A stretch of DNA of 64,000 nt from an uncultured Chlamydiae bacterium (GTDB lineage Bacteria; Chlamydiota; Chlamydiia; Chlamydiales; Parachlamydiaceae): the NCBI GenBank assembly GCA_963830365.1, contig CAWHMU010000016.1, forward strand, positions 15,024 to 79,023, read 5' to 3'. Below are positions 22,487-33,489 of this stretch, piece after piece. Below the pieces are notes generated by a model. That model did not search any database and was not told where the DNA came from. It worked only from the letters and a program-made list of their open reading frames with translations. The stretch's first letter is position 1; each line of letters opens with the position of its first letter. The translations under genes were made by a program, and so were the position numbers.

Positions 22487-25400
22487 TCAAGCCTTAAGCA
22501 CATGCAGCAGTTTCTGGATGCTGCGTGAAAGCTCTTTTATCGAAGGCCCCTTCATCAATTCCATGGTAGGAATCTTGCAGCTTAGCTTATTCTCCATCAG
22601 ATGCTGCAATTCCATGGCCATCAGCGAGTCCATGCCTAAGGTATTCAATTTGACATCCGTATCAACTTTATGCACGTCCATCTTAAGCGTATGCGCCACC
22701 TTGCTGCCGATGAAATCGATTAATGTCGCCAGTTGCGATTCAATATCCATGCCCAGCAGTCGCTGCGCGAAGTCGGAATGCCCGCCCTCTGCCTGAGCTG
22801 TCTGTAACGATGCAAATCTAGCCTCCTGCCTTAGCGACGGCAAGGTTGAAAACAGCTTTGGCCAATCCACCTGCATGATGCCATACTGTCCACTTGCAGA
22901 AGTCAACACCTGTCCGAGGACTTGCAGAGCCTGCTCAGCCGCTATCGGCGTGATGCCGCTATGCTGCAGATGGAAGGCTAGTGCCGCCTGGCCGGCCAAT
23001 ACGCCGACGTCGGCGATGGCCCCGAAATTGACCGCGTGAGCTGGTAGACCGCGGGCGCGCCGATAGCCGGCAAAGGCATCCAGAAAGGCATTGGCCGCAG
23101 CATAATTGCCCTGGCCCGGATTGCCGATCAGCGCTGAGATGGAAGAGTAGAGCACAAAATAATCCAGATCCATATCCTTGGTCAACTGATGCAAATTCCA
23201 GCAGCCTGCCACTTTGGGATGCATGACAGCCGTAAACCTGCCGGCATCGAGCTGTCCGATCAGACCATCATCCAGCACCATTGCACCGTGGAAAACCCCT
23301 TTGAGGGGCGGACAGCCCGGCAGCAGGCTTTTAAGGGCAGCGGACAGCTGATCAATATTGCCGACATCGACCGCAGCGGTTTTTATGCCGATACCCTGCC
23401 GTGCAAATTCCACAACAGCCGCCTTGGCTTTCTCGGTGGCAGCCCCTTGACGACTAAGCAAAATCAAATGCTTGCCGCCATTTGCCACAATCCATCTGGC
23501 CGTGGCGAGGCCAAAGCCATGCAGACCACCGGTGACAAGATAGGTGGCATGACCATGAAAAATACCCTCATGCTTAAGCATGGGCAAAGCAGAGATTTTT
23601 TCGTGATCGAATTTGACCATGACCTTGCCGATATGCCTGGCCCGTGCCAGCAGGTGAAAGGCCTCATGCACCTGCGCAGGCGGAAAAACCTGGCATGGCA
23701 AAGGTTTGAAAATACCCTTTTCAAAATACGTCAGCGTTTCGCGCAGCAGACGGCGGATGATTTTTTTATCTTCGGCAAACGTGCGGTCAAGGTCTATCGC
23801 CGCAAACGTGGTGTTCCGCTGAAAGACTTCCATCGGCAGGCCGCTATTTTGGCTGATGTCGCGCTTGCCGATTTCAATGAAACGACCGTAGGGCGCCAGC
23901 AAGCGCCAGCTTTTCAAAAGAGCCTCCCCCGACAAGGCATTTAAGATAACATCCACTCCGCGTCCATTGGTCCATGCCAATACCTGGCTGGCAAATTGCA
24001 GTGAGCGAGAATCTGCCACCTGCGCAATGCCAAGGGCATGCAGATAGGCGCGTTTTTCTTCACTGCCCGCTGTCGCAATGATATTGGCGCCGACCTGCCG
24101 GGCATACTGCACAGCGGCTAAACCTACCGCCCCTGTAGCCGTATGGATAAGCACTGTTTCGCCCTTTTTCAAATTCGCCATATCCTTTAGACCGCGAATC
24201 ACGGTGATAAAAGGAATATAAACGGGCGCCTCTTCCATAGAAGTGTTGGCAGGAGCCGCACATACCGCCTCGGCAGGCAGTGTCAGAAAGGAACTAAAGG
24301 TATTGCGGGCAAAGGCACATACCTGGTCGCCAACTTTACATGTGCGCACGCCTTTCCCAACGGCAATCACGGTGCCGGAGCATTCCATGCCGAAGCTGTT
24401 GCCGAAATAGGTGCCTTCAAGCACGCTTTTATCGAGCAAGCCCATCACCTTCATCAAATCCTTGAAATTTAAAGAGGCCGTATGCACCCGCATCTCAACC
24501 TCGCCGGCGGCAGGTGCATGGCGCATAGACTGCCTAAAGCGCAGATTCTCGATAGAACCAGGCTGGCTTAATTCAAGTTCAAAGGCATCGTTATCGGCGT
24601 TGAGCGGCAACATCTCCTCAGCGGCCTGTGCCCCACTATCCCAGCCCGGCTTAAATCTCGGACCATAAAGCTTACCCTGCCGCAAAGCCATTTCACATTC
24701 TGTTTGCCTAGCGCTTAATACCTGCAGCAAATCCTTTCCGGAAAAGGGCTTGCCGCCATCCAAATCCAGCAAGCGGCAATTCAGCTGCGGCAGCTCGCGG
24801 CGCAACACCGCCGCAAGCCCCCACAGCGCACTTGCCTGGATCGAAGTCGGCACGTCCTCCGGCACGACTCCCTGCACGCCTTGCGTAACAATCCATAGGT
24901 TACAGGCGTGGCCGTGGCGCTGAGATGCAAGCTCTTTTGCCAGCTCCAGCAGCCTGACAGAAAGGGAATAATCAACGCCTTCATCTGCCTGTGCCGGACA
25001 TAGTAACAGCACGTTTCCAGGCTGACCTGCTGAAAGCTTGTCCACACAATGGGCGCCACACTCGGTTAGCAAAGCATGCAATTGGGCATGCTTAGTTTGA
25101 TCTGTACAGACTAGCTGCCATTCCTGGCCGGCAAGACTTGGCACTGAAGGAAGTTGAAAGTTGGTAATCTGCTCCCATGTAGCCTGATAGAGCAGTTTGT
25201 CCAGATTCGCCTTTAAATCATGCTGGCGCGCTTTAAAAAGACGGCAGGTCACCCCGCGCACTTCGGCAAATACCATGCCGGCGTCATCGCATAATTGAAT
25301 ATCGCCTGTAAAGCTATCTTCTGTACTAACTCTTTCTTTGGCATAGCACCAAATATTACCCTTGGGCGCGGCAAAGAAGTGCAGCTCATCGATATGCACG

Positions 25401-28400
25401 GGCAACGCCAGGCCATCCTTGCCGTTAAGACTGCTTTTTGTACCCAGCAATGTTTGCAAGGCGGCGTCAAGTACAGGCGGCGGCAAGATATAATGCCCAT
25501 GCTCCGGCGGCACAGCAATTTGAGCCATGGCCTCGCCCTTTCCCTTATACAGACGACGGATCAGCTGAAAGGCTGGACCATACTGCATGCCGTGCTTATT
25601 GAAATGCTGATAGATCTTTTCGGCGGCGACTTCTTCATGGCATCCGGCTTTTAGCTCTTCAACAGGCATATGCGCAGCGACATACCCTTTCCAGGCAGGA
25701 TGCATTTTGCCTGAAGCATGCTGCGTCCAGCTGCCGTCCAGCTGGTTCGACAGCGCATGCACCTCAAAAGTGGAAGTGGCATCAACACTTGAGATTCTTA
25801 ACAGCGGCTCGACACCCGGCATCACGACCAAAGCTTGCGAAAAAGAAAGGTTTTCCAGAATACAGGCGGCACTGCCATGACGCTGCCTATGCAGCGCGAG
25901 GCCGGCTTCCACATAGGCCGCTGCCGGAAAGACAACCGAGCCGTCCAATTTATGATCGTCCAGCCACGGAAAAAAGCCGCGATTGACTTCCACCGTAAAC
26001 GCCTGGCCGGGAGACTGGCATTTCCTGGCCAGCATGACATGTTCATCCAGACTATGCAGGTATTGCCTAGACTGCTCTGATTCAGTCCAATAGGTTTTTC
26101 TTTGCCATGGATAGGCGGGCAGGGGTAATCGCTTGGCTCCTGCCGGCAGCAGCCGTTGCCAGTCGAGTTCAACCCCAGCCATATGCAATCTGCCCAGCAG
26201 GAAAGCCATAGACGGCTGTTCGGCCTCTTTTTTATTCAAGGTGTATAATGACAATCCCCGGCTTTGGCTAGCCTTGATGATATCTTTAATGGATTTTCCC
26301 AGCACCGGGTGCGGTCCGATTTCGACAAACAGATTATAACCCTGTGAAATCATCGCCTGCAGTGCTTTTTGAAAGAGCACCGGTTGGCGGATATTCTGCC
26401 ACCAATAGGCCGCATCCGGCATTTCTTCAGCATATTCTGTACCGGTAACCGTGGAAAAGAATGGCCGGACAGAGGCTTTTGGACAGATGGGCGCCAAAAC
26501 CTCTAAAACCTCTGACTCAAGACCATCCATCTGACCGCTATGATAGGCAATATTGACATTTAAGAAGCGCTGGAAAACACCTTCAGCATCAAGCTTAGCG
26601 GCAATTTGACTTAATGACGCCTCGGCACCGGAAAAGGTTACTGTCGAGGGACTATTGATGGCGCCGATAAATACCTGCTGTGGATAGGCTTTGACAATCT
26701 CCAAGGCCTCTGGTTCGGTCAGTTCAGCCGCCAGCATCGTGCCAAGCCCTTGACGGCGGGATTGAATCTGCGAACGATGGAAGCTGATCAACACACCTTC
26801 CTCAAGCGTGATGCTGCCGGCAGCATAGGCTGCGCCGACCTCGCCGATGCTATGGCCGACCACAGCCGCCGGCATCACCCCCCAGGATGTTAGCAAGGCA
26901 GTCAATGCCGCCTGGATGGCGAAATTGGCCGGCTGGGCGTATTGCGGCAGCGACATATTCGACACGTCTTCGTCTTTGGACAGCTCTGCCAGCAGCGACC
27001 AGCCGGAAAGAGGTAGCAGAAAGCGGTCGCATAGTTCCATTGTTTGCTTAAAGACCGCCTCATTTTCAATCAATTCCCGGCCCATGCCCCACCATTGGGG
27101 TCCCATGCCCGTATAGACAAAAGCCATTTTAGGCGGAACGACTATACCATCGCTCTTAATGGCATAAGCACTATCCTCCTGGGCATGAGCTTCCCACAGC
27201 CTTTGCTGCAGCTCCTCCGTGGTCTTTGCCAATACACACATGCTTATACCATGCCGCTCACGATGCCTGCCTAAGGTATGGGCAATATCGGCGGCCGGCA
27301 CATCCGGATTTCCCTGCAGATAGGTAGCCACATTATACAGCGAGGCTTTAAGAGCCTCATGGCTATAGGCAGAAAAGGGAAAGGCAAAAGGGCGCGCCAA
27401 TGAGCAACTGTCGGTGCGTTTGGCAGTTATGTGTTCTTGCAGGACGATATGTGCGTTTGTGCCGCCATAGCCGAAAGAATTAACGCCCGCAAAGAGGGTC
27501 TTTTCAGGTTCGGGAAACTTCTGTACGCCAACCGGCACTGCCAGACAATAGCTTTCAAAAGGGATCGCCGGATTCGGTTTTGAAAAATGCAGATTTGGCG
27601 CCACCAAACGGTGTTTTAAGCACAGTACCGCTTTAATCAGTCCGGCTACGCCAGCAGCAGCTTCGAGGTGGCCGATATTGGATTTGATGGATCCCAACAG
27701 GCATTTCTTACGGCCGGGCTGCGAAGAGTGCAAAACCTGGTCCAGCGCCCAGGCTTCTGCCGGATCCCCCGCCGGCGTACCTGTGCCATGCGCCTCCACA
27801 TATTGAATATCGGCCGGATCTACCTTAGCTTTGTTAACTACAGCCTCAATCAGCGCTTTCTGGGCGGCCGGATTTGGCAGCGCCAAACCGCTGGTATGTC
27901 CATCGTGATTTATCCCTGAAGCTCTGATCAAGGCATAAATCTCATCCCCATCTTGCAAGGCCAGGCTCAAGGGTTTAAGGACCACCACCCCAGCTCCTTC
28001 GCCACGCACGTAGCCTTTGGCAGCCGCATCGAATGAACGGCACTGTCCGGCAGGATTAAGAAAGCGTCCTTTAGACATCGCGATCGTCGTGCTAGGGGTA
28101 AGCATGGCATTGACCCCGCCGGCTAAAGCCAGCGTGCACTCCCCCTGCCAAAGACTCTGGCAGGCCAGATGCACAGCCACCAATGAGGAGGAACAGGCCG
28201 TATCGGTAGTCAAACATGGACCTTTTAAATCATAGAAATATGAAAGCCTGGCTGACAGCACTGTTTGCGAGCTATTGATACCGGTATATAGATCTGCCAG
28301 CATGACATTGTCAGGGCTGTGATGCAGACTTTGCCAGTCGGTGGTAAAACCGCCGATGAACATGCCGGTCTGACTGCCCTTCAACTTGGCCGGAATCAAG

Positions 28401-28735
28401 CCGGCATCCTCAAATGCTTCCCAGCTAGTTTCCAATAGCAGCCTTTGCTGGGGATCCACCCAAGCGGCCTCGCGCGGCGACAGATAAAAAAAGCTGGCAT
28501 CAAACTCATCCAGCCTCTCTTGCAGAAAGCCTCCCCTAGCTACGGCCATCTTGCCCGGCTGGGCAGGATCGGCGTCATAAAAACGGCGTATGTCCCAGCG
28601 CTCTTTAGGCACATCGATAATGCCGTCAAAACCCTGGCATAAAAGCTCCCACAATTTCTGCGGCGATGAAGCCCCGCCAGGCAAACGACAACCCATTCCA
28701 ATAATCGCAATAGGCTCTTGATGATTTTCATTCAT
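22487..28735 (-). CDS. Single-module reducing type I polyketide synthase KS-AT-DH-ER-KR-ACP, no thioesterase
   Basis: KS DTACSSS/HGTGT/GHLE; AT GHSIG/IAYHS; DH HKLDGSVVFP; ER IHTATGAVG; KR TGGLHGFG/LDD/YAAAN; ACP GMDSLM at the C-terminus. Confidence 0.93.
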   Translation of the reverse strand: MNENHQEPIAIIGMGCRLPGGASSPQKLWELLCQGFDGIIDVPKERWDIRRFYDADPAQPGKMAVARGGFLQERLDEFDASFFYLSPREAAWVDPQQRLLLETSWEAFEDAGLIPAKLKGSQTGMFIGGFTTDWQSLHHSPDNVMLADLYTGINSSQTVLSARLSYFYDLKGPCLTTDTACSSSLVAVHLACQSLWQGECTLALAGGVNAMLTPSTTIAMSKGRFLNPAGQCRSFDAAAKGYVRGEGAGVVVLKPLSLALQDGDEIYALIRASGINHDGHTSGLALPNPAAQKALIEAVVNKAKVDPADIQYVEAHGTGTPAGDPAEAWALDQVLHSSQPGRKKCLLGSIKSNIGHLEAAAGVAGLIKAVLCLKHRLVAPNLHFSKPNPAIPFESYCLAVPVGVQKFPEPEKTLFAGVNSFGYGGTNAHIVLQEHITAKRTDSCSLARPFAFPFSAYSHEALKASLYNVATYLQGNPDVPAADIAHTLGRHRERHGISMCVLAKTTEELQQRLWEAHAQEDSAYAIKSDGIVVPPKMAFVYTGMGPQWWGMGRELIENEAVFKQTMELCDRFLLPLSGWSLLAELSKDEDVSNMSLPQYAQPANFAIQAALTALLTSWGVMPAAVVGHSIGEVGAAYAAGSITLEEGVLISFHRSQIQSRRQGLGTMLAAELTEPEALEIVKAYPQQVFIGAINSPSTVTFSGAEASLSQIAAKLDAEGVFQRFLNVNIAYHSGQMDGLESEVLEVLAPICPKASVRPFFSTVTGTEYAEEMPDAAYWWQNIRQPVLFQKALQAMISQGYNLFVEIGPHPVLGKSIKDIIKASQSRGLSLYTLNKKEAEQPSMAFLLGRLHMAGVELDWQRLLPAGAKRLPLPAYPWQRKTYWTESEQSRQYLHSLDEHVMLARKCQSPGQAFTVEVNRGFFPWLDDHKLDGSVVFPAAAYVEAGLALHRQRHGSAACILENLSFSQALVVMPGVEPLLRISSVDATSTFEVHALSNQLDGSWTQHASGKMHPAWKGYVAAHMPVEELKAGCHEEVAAEKIYQHFNKHGMQYGPAFQLIRRLYKGKGEAMAQIAVPPEHGHYILPPPVLDAALQTLLGTKSSLNGKDGLALPVHIDELHFFAAPKGNIWCYAKERVSTEDSFTGDIQLCDDAGMVFAEVRGVTCRLFKARQHDLKANLDKLLYQATWEQITNFQLPSVPSLAGQEWQLVCTDQTKHAQLHALLTECGAHCVDKLSAGQPGNVLLLCPAQADEGVDYSLSVRLLELAKELASQRHGHACNLWIVTQGVQGVVPEDVPTSIQASALWGLAAVLRRELPQLNCRLLDLDGGKPFSGKDLLQVLSARQTECEMALRQGKLYGPRFKPGWDSGAQAAEEMLPLNADNDAFELELSQPGSIENLRFRQSMRHAPAAGEVEMRVHTASLNFKDLMKVMGLLDKSVLEGTYFGNSFGMECSGTVIAVGKGVRTCKVGDQVCAFARNTFSSFLTLPAEAVCAAPANTSMEEAPVYIPFITVIRGLKDMANLKKGETVLIHTATGAVGLAAVQYARQVGANIIATAGSEEKRAYLHALGIAQVADSRSLQFASQVLAWTNGRGVDVILNALSGEALLKSWRLLAPYGRFIEIGKRDISQNSGLPMEVFQRNTTFAAIDLDRTFAEDKKIIRRLLRETLTYFEKGIFKPLPCQVFPPAQVHEAFHLLARARHIGKVMVKFDHEKISALPMLKHEGIFHGHATYLVTGGLHGFGLATARWIVANGGKHLILLSRQGAATEKAKAAVVEFARQGIGIKTAAVDVGNIDQLSAALKSLLPGCPPLKGVFHGAMVLDDGLIGQLDAGRFTAVMHPKVAGCWNLHQLTKDMDLDYFVLYSSISALIGNPGQGNYAAANAFLDAFAGYRRARGLPAHAVNFGAIADVGVLAGQAALAFHLQHSGITPIAAEQALQVLGQVLTSASGQYGIMQVDWPKLFSTLPSLRQEARFASLQTAQAEGGHSDFAQRLLGMDIESQLATLIDFIGSKVAHTLKMDVHKVDTDVKLNTLGMDSLMAMELQHLMENKLSCKIPTMELMKGPSIKELSRSIQKLLHVLKA

Positions 28736-29114
28736 AAAATATAATGATCCATTTTACTGTTATGGGCGCGCTATTTGCATCATTTTATCACCACAGAGGC
28801 ACAGAGAAGCAAATACTCAACTAAAGCTGTTGATAAGTCAAGGAATCCCACGGAGTTCCGCAGATGGGCATTGTGTCTTTATCACAGCTATCTGCCGCTT
28901 GCTTTGCGCCTTTGCGTCTTTATGCAGCCCTTTGCGTTGATTCTAAGTATTCAAAAGATATCATGGGCAATTTGCATTTCTCTGTGTCTCGGTGTCTCTG
29001 TGGTAAAAAAGACTAGATTAGTGAATGAAGTTTTTTTCCAGATTTTTGTTTATCTATTGACTAATGTGGCGTTAGAGTTATCATAAAAATTCAATTTTCA
29101 CAACAGGTTATACC

Positions 29115-30200
29115 TTGCTTCCTACAATATTTTCCTTCGGCAAAGGCATTCCAGCTCACTCCCTTGCCCAAACTGACATTGCAAAGTATCTCAGCAAAAA
29201 ACTAATACTGGAAGATGAAGAAGCCTGGATGCTGGAAAAAATCTATAAGAACTCCTGCATAGAGCGGCGCTACTCCGTGCTTCCAGAAATCCTAATTTCC
29301 GAAAGGGGCAAGCCTGCCATCGGCATGAGCGCAAGAAATGCCATCTACAAAAAAGAAGCTCCCATCTTAGCCGAACAGGCCGCCCGCCAGGCCTTGGCAA
29401 AATGGGACCGCCCGCTGAATGAAATCACACATATCATCTCCGTCTCCTGTACAGGAGCCATCACGCCCGGCCTTGAATTCAAGCTAAACCAGGCTTTAGG
29501 CCTACCGCCCACCACATCGCGGCTGGGCATCAACTTCATGGGCTGTTTCGGCGCCTTCAAAGGCTTATCCGTCGCCCATAAAATTGCCCTGGCAAATCCC
29601 AAACATAGAGTCTTGATGGTTTGCACCGAGCTTTGCACACTGCATTTCCATGCCGCCCATGACATCGAATCGCTGGTCATCAACTCTCTTTTTGCTGACG
29701 GCGCAGCGGCTGTCATCCTTGGATGTGAACCTAGGACAGGCGAGCTGGCGCTGTTTGAAATCGCCGCTGAAGCCAGCTTTGCATTACCTGACAGTGAACA
29801 TGAAATGACATGGGATGCCGCCGACAGGGGATTTGACATGACCCTGTCTGCAAAAGTTCCCGCCCTAATCGAACAAAACATCAAACCTTTCGTGCAAGCG
29901 TTAGTTGGTGGCGAAAAACAATTCAACGCTCTTAGTTGGGCAGTACACCCCGGTGGAAAATCGATTCTTGAAGCCGTGCAGAAATCATTGCAGCTGGATA
30001 ACACGCACACCCGTTCTTCATGGAATGTGCTGGCTAACTATGGCAACCTATCAAGTGGCACATTCTTATATGTGCTCGATGACCTGCTTGCCCGCGGCCC
30101 AAGCTCCCCAGCGACGGTTGGCCTGGGCTTTGGCCCGGGCTTATCCATCGAAGGACTGGTATTGAAAAATCCACAATTTAAAGAGTTGAAACATGTTTGA
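29115..30200 (+). CDS. Type III polyketide synthase (chalcone-synthase-like)
   Basis: Cys-His-Asn triad FMGCFG, VHPGG, YGNLSS; FADGAAA, GFGPGLS; TTG start. Confidence 0.92.
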   Translation: MLPTIFSFGKGIPAHSLAQTDIAKYLSKKLILEDEEAWMLEKIYKNSCIERRYSVLPEILISERGKPAIGMSARNAIYKKEAPILAEQAARQALAKWDRPLNEITHIISVSCTGAITPGLEFKLNQALGLPPTTSRLGINFMGCFGAFKGLSVAHKIALANPKHRVLMVCTELCTLHFHAAHDIESLVINSLFADGAAAVILGCEPRTGELALFEIAAEASFALPDSEHEMTWDAADRGFDMTLSAKVPALIEQNIKPFVQALVGGEKQFNALSWAVHPGGKSILEAVQKSLQLDNTHTRSSWNVLANYGNLSSGTFLYVLDDLLARGPSSPATVGLGFGPGLSIEGLVLKNPQFKELKHV

Positions 30201-30909
30201 ACAACGCTCTTACGCCGCAGAACTGATCGATCTTGGCCCGACACATTATACACTCGATGAATATCATGACTGCCTGAAGCAGCTGAACAAAATCGGCATC
30301 TGGCTCGGCGGCAATGCCGCCAGCCTGGAGGCCCTGAAAAAAATGCCGAAAGCTCCAGGTTCGATTCTGGACGTCGGCTGCGGCGCAGGCTTCTTTACCA
30401 TCCAGATGGCCAAATACTTTCCACAAGCCAAAATCGTCGGTATCGATATCAATCCCCAGGCCATCGACTTTGCCAACAACCTCCTAGTTGGCATGCCAAA
30501 GCGGCCCGCTAATGTGAGCTTTATATTGAAAACGCAGCCGGAACTTAATGAGCTGCCAAAGAGCTTTGACGTCGTTCTTTCGACATTAGTGTGTCATCAT
30601 TTGGATGACGAAGTCTTGATAGGCTTCTTACAAAAAGCGTGCCTTGTAGCCAAACAAAAGGTCATTATCAATGACCTGCATCGCCATCCCCTGGCATATG
30701 CGGCCTTTAAGGCTATCTCGCCGCTATTTTTTCGCAACCGCCTGATCATGCATGATGGACCGCTTTCCGTCCAACGCGCCTTCACACGACAAGAGTGGCA
30801 CGATTATCTACATAAAGCCGGCCTCGGCAAAAAACGTCATTCTATCCGCTGGCGCTGGGCATTCCGTTGGCTGGTGGAGATCGATTGCACGGGGGGCAAG
30901 ACATGCTGA
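30193..30909 (+). CDS. SAM-dependent methyltransferase associated with type III PKS
   Basis: ILDVGCGAG motif I, HHL, INDLHR, DGPLSVQRAF; overlaps both neighbours. Confidence 0.88.
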   Translation: MFEQRSYAAELIDLGPTHYTLDEYHDCLKQLNKIGIWLGGNAASLEALKKMPKAPGSILDVGCGAGFFTIQMAKYFPQAKIVGIDINPQAIDFANNLLVGMPKRPANVSFILKTQPELNELPKSFDVVLSTLVCHHLDDEVLIGFLQKACLVAKQKVIINDLHRHPLAYAAFKAISPLFFRNRLIMHDGPLSVQRAFTRQEWHDYLHKAGLGKKRHSIRWRWAFRWLVEIDCTGGKTC

Positions 30910-31962
30910 AAGACTGCATCATCATCGGCGGAGGGGTTGCCGGCCTCAGCGCGGCCATGCGCCTGACAGAACTCGGCCTTTCCCCTTTAATACTTGAAGC
31001 CGGCAAATTTCCGGCCCACCGCATCTGCGGGGAATTTTTTTCCCCTGAATGCATGCCGATACTTAAAAAATGGAATATTGATCTCGACGCCGCCATCGAT
31101 CACTGCCGCTTTCTTTCCAATGGCCGGGAAATCGATTTTGCCCTGCCCAAAGCCGCTGAAGGCGCCTCCAGATATCGTTTCGACATGCGCCTGGTGGAAC
31201 TTGTCCGCCAGCGTGGCGCAGACGTGCTAACCGAAGCGCTGGTGACAGACTTGCATCACCCGACAGCAGGCCAAGATTTCTATGAAGTCCAGCTAGCCGA
31301 TGGCACATGCTATCAATCGAAATACCTGATGATCGGCGCCGGCAGATTGCCAAAAATGACAGTCACTGCGCCAAAGACGCTCGTCTACGCCGGATTCAAA
31401 GCACACTTTGCAGGTCTCGACATGGGCCACAGCCTTGAAATGCACTGCTTTGCCGGCGGCTATGCCGGCATATCGCCCATCGCTCCGGGTGTCGCCAATG
31501 TCGCCTGCCTGGTACGGCTCGACCACATCACGGACAAGGCTCACTTTATGCAAAACCTAATGCAGCACAAAGGCCTGCAGAAACTAGGCGAGAAGCTATC
31601 ACAGGCCCGTCCGCTATTTCCAGATTGGCTGAGTGGCAATATACCCGAATTCGGCATCCGCCAAAATCCCGCCTGGCCGGATGTCTATTGGATCGGCGAT
31701 GCCGCCGGCAGCATCCCCCCCCGTATGCGGAGATGGCCTTGGCATTGCCATGACCACAGGCGTCATGGCCGCCGAATACCTTGTCAAAAACAATGCCGAA
31801 GCTTTTAAAAAAGACTGGCTTAAGCGCTACCGCGCCCGCTTCTTCTGGGGACGCTGCCTGCATGAAATTGTCATGCGACCACCCCTGTGCGGCCTTGCCG
31901 CCAGCCTCTGCCGCCTGCTACCCTCCCTTCCCAAGCAGGTATTCACGCTGACGAGAGAGTGA
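30903..31962 (+). pseudogene. FAD-dependent oxidoreductase (geranylgeranyl reductase/monooxygenase-like) split by a +1 frameshift
   Basis: IIGGGVAG, HRICGE, GDAAGSIPP; removing one C from C8 at 31715-31722 continues into VCGDGLGIAM.. to the stop at 31962. Confidence 0.8.
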
Positions 31963-32258
31963 TAGAGTACGAGGTTTACATCTGCTTGTATCATTGTCCT
32001 TAGGTTGTAAAGTGTGAATTCGATTCAACGCAAAGCCTGACAGTGCCCTTCGGCCCCCTATCGGGAAATAACATAGCATGCAACACCGTGACACTAAACG
32101 CCTTATTATTTATTGTTTGAGGAGAAGGCAAAGGGTCGCTTTAATTTATTTCCCCCCTGTTTTACTGCTGGTGATGATTCGTCAAAAAGCCTTAGTAATT
32201 GATGGTTGAAATATGAGAAGTAATGATCTATTTGCAATGTTCTCTTTGAAACAATTCG

Positions 32259-32704
32259 GGTTCATCCGGTTTTATAGGACCCACCTAGAATAAGGATGTG
32301 TAGAAATGGGGAAATGTAGGTAACACATCGGAGCAAAAATAACAGGATATTAAGATGGACAGGATTAAAGATTTAAACTTTAGTTTGCCAACTTTGCGAT
32401 TTACGTAAGTCTTGGGTGATCATCCTATTTTTCGGCTATGTTCACCTTGCACAGTGAAAACTTTCGGTCACAACAATTTCTGCCCTCCTCTGCGTCTCTG
32501 CGTTGAATTCCTTGATACAATTTAGCGCAGAGACGCTGAGACGCGGCGACGCAGAGGGGGTAGACTGGTTGTATAGGGGGGCATGCTCACCTTATTTGAC
32601 CGAAAAGGTGAACAATGCCTATTTTTCATATCCTGACCATCGTAATATCCTGTTATTTTTGCTTGCCCTTTTCTCTTTACAAGTCCTGCAAAACCGGAAG
32701 AACC
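32259..32704. mobile_element. MITE family D, containing a nested family C element
   Basis: TIRs GGTTCATCCGGTTTT / AAAACCGGAAGAACC; TSD ACAATTCG/ACAAATCG; splits family A at gaaacaaatcg. Confidence 0.8.
32434..32619. mobile_element. 186-bp MITE family C
   Basis: TIRs GGCTATGTTCACCTT / AAGGTGAACAATGCC; TSD TATTTTTC; empty site at ~51988. Confidence 0.85.
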
Positions 32705-32711
32705 ACAAATC

Positions 32712-33297
32712 GACATTCTAGCACAGAAGGTCTAGTTAGCCTCGATAGAGGCGGAAGCATGTAGCCATAGGTGTCAACCTATGGAATAAAATGTAGTATA
32801 AAGAGAGCCGTGAATACGGCGACAGCAATTTCGATGGAAGCTGAATTAGATGCAATTATTATAGGATATACTATCCTTTAGTCATTGCTGCCGCCGTATT
32901 CACGGCTTTGTTTCTAAACATGCGATTACCACACGCTGACGCATGTGGCTACATGCTTCCGCCTCTAGCGAGGCTGTAAAAATGTTCTCATGGCTTGTGC
33001 CCTATCTCTTGTATGGCAATGCCGACTCAAATCCTTCCATCGCAGGATCGAACGCGCAATTTGCCATTATGTATGATTTATTTATACTGCAGACGGCATC
33101 AACATTCAATTTATGGATGTAGATTTTTTCGCCGAAATGTCGTTTCGAAAGCGTGACATACATATTTGTAGGCTCGCTTTTGAAACGACATTTCGGCGAG
33201 AAAAGATGCGTTCATAAATCGAATGTTGATGCCGGCTGCAGTATAACATCCTCCATTAGTTTACATATGGGGAGGTACGCGATTGTGCGATGAACCA
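32712..33297. repeat. Dispersed palindromic repeat family A, copy 3
   Basis: Family A core; ends with gattgtgcgatgaacc. Confidence 0.85.
33085..33243. mobile_element. 159-bp palindromic MITE with TA target duplication (IS630-like)
   Basis: TA[TACTGCAG...CTGCAGTA]TA; empty allele atgatttatttaacatcc at 52321. Confidence 0.8.
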
Positions 33298-33489
33298 CTT
33301 AAATTTAACACAAAGAAGCGGCACAAGGCACAAAGAGATTTAAGAGAGAGACCTTTATATGTTGCCATTTACGTCTCTGTGCCTCTGTGCCTCTGTGGTA
33401 AAATGCCTTCCTTTGCGTTGAATCGAATTCACGGCATGTTACCTAAGCACAATGATACAAATAGTTGCCTACCCAACGCCAAAAGACCT

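Noticed and set aside
30903..31962. Flavin-dependent halogenase (DIF-1-like chlorination)
   Set aside because: The WxWxIP halogenase motif is absent; the equivalent region reads YAGISPI.
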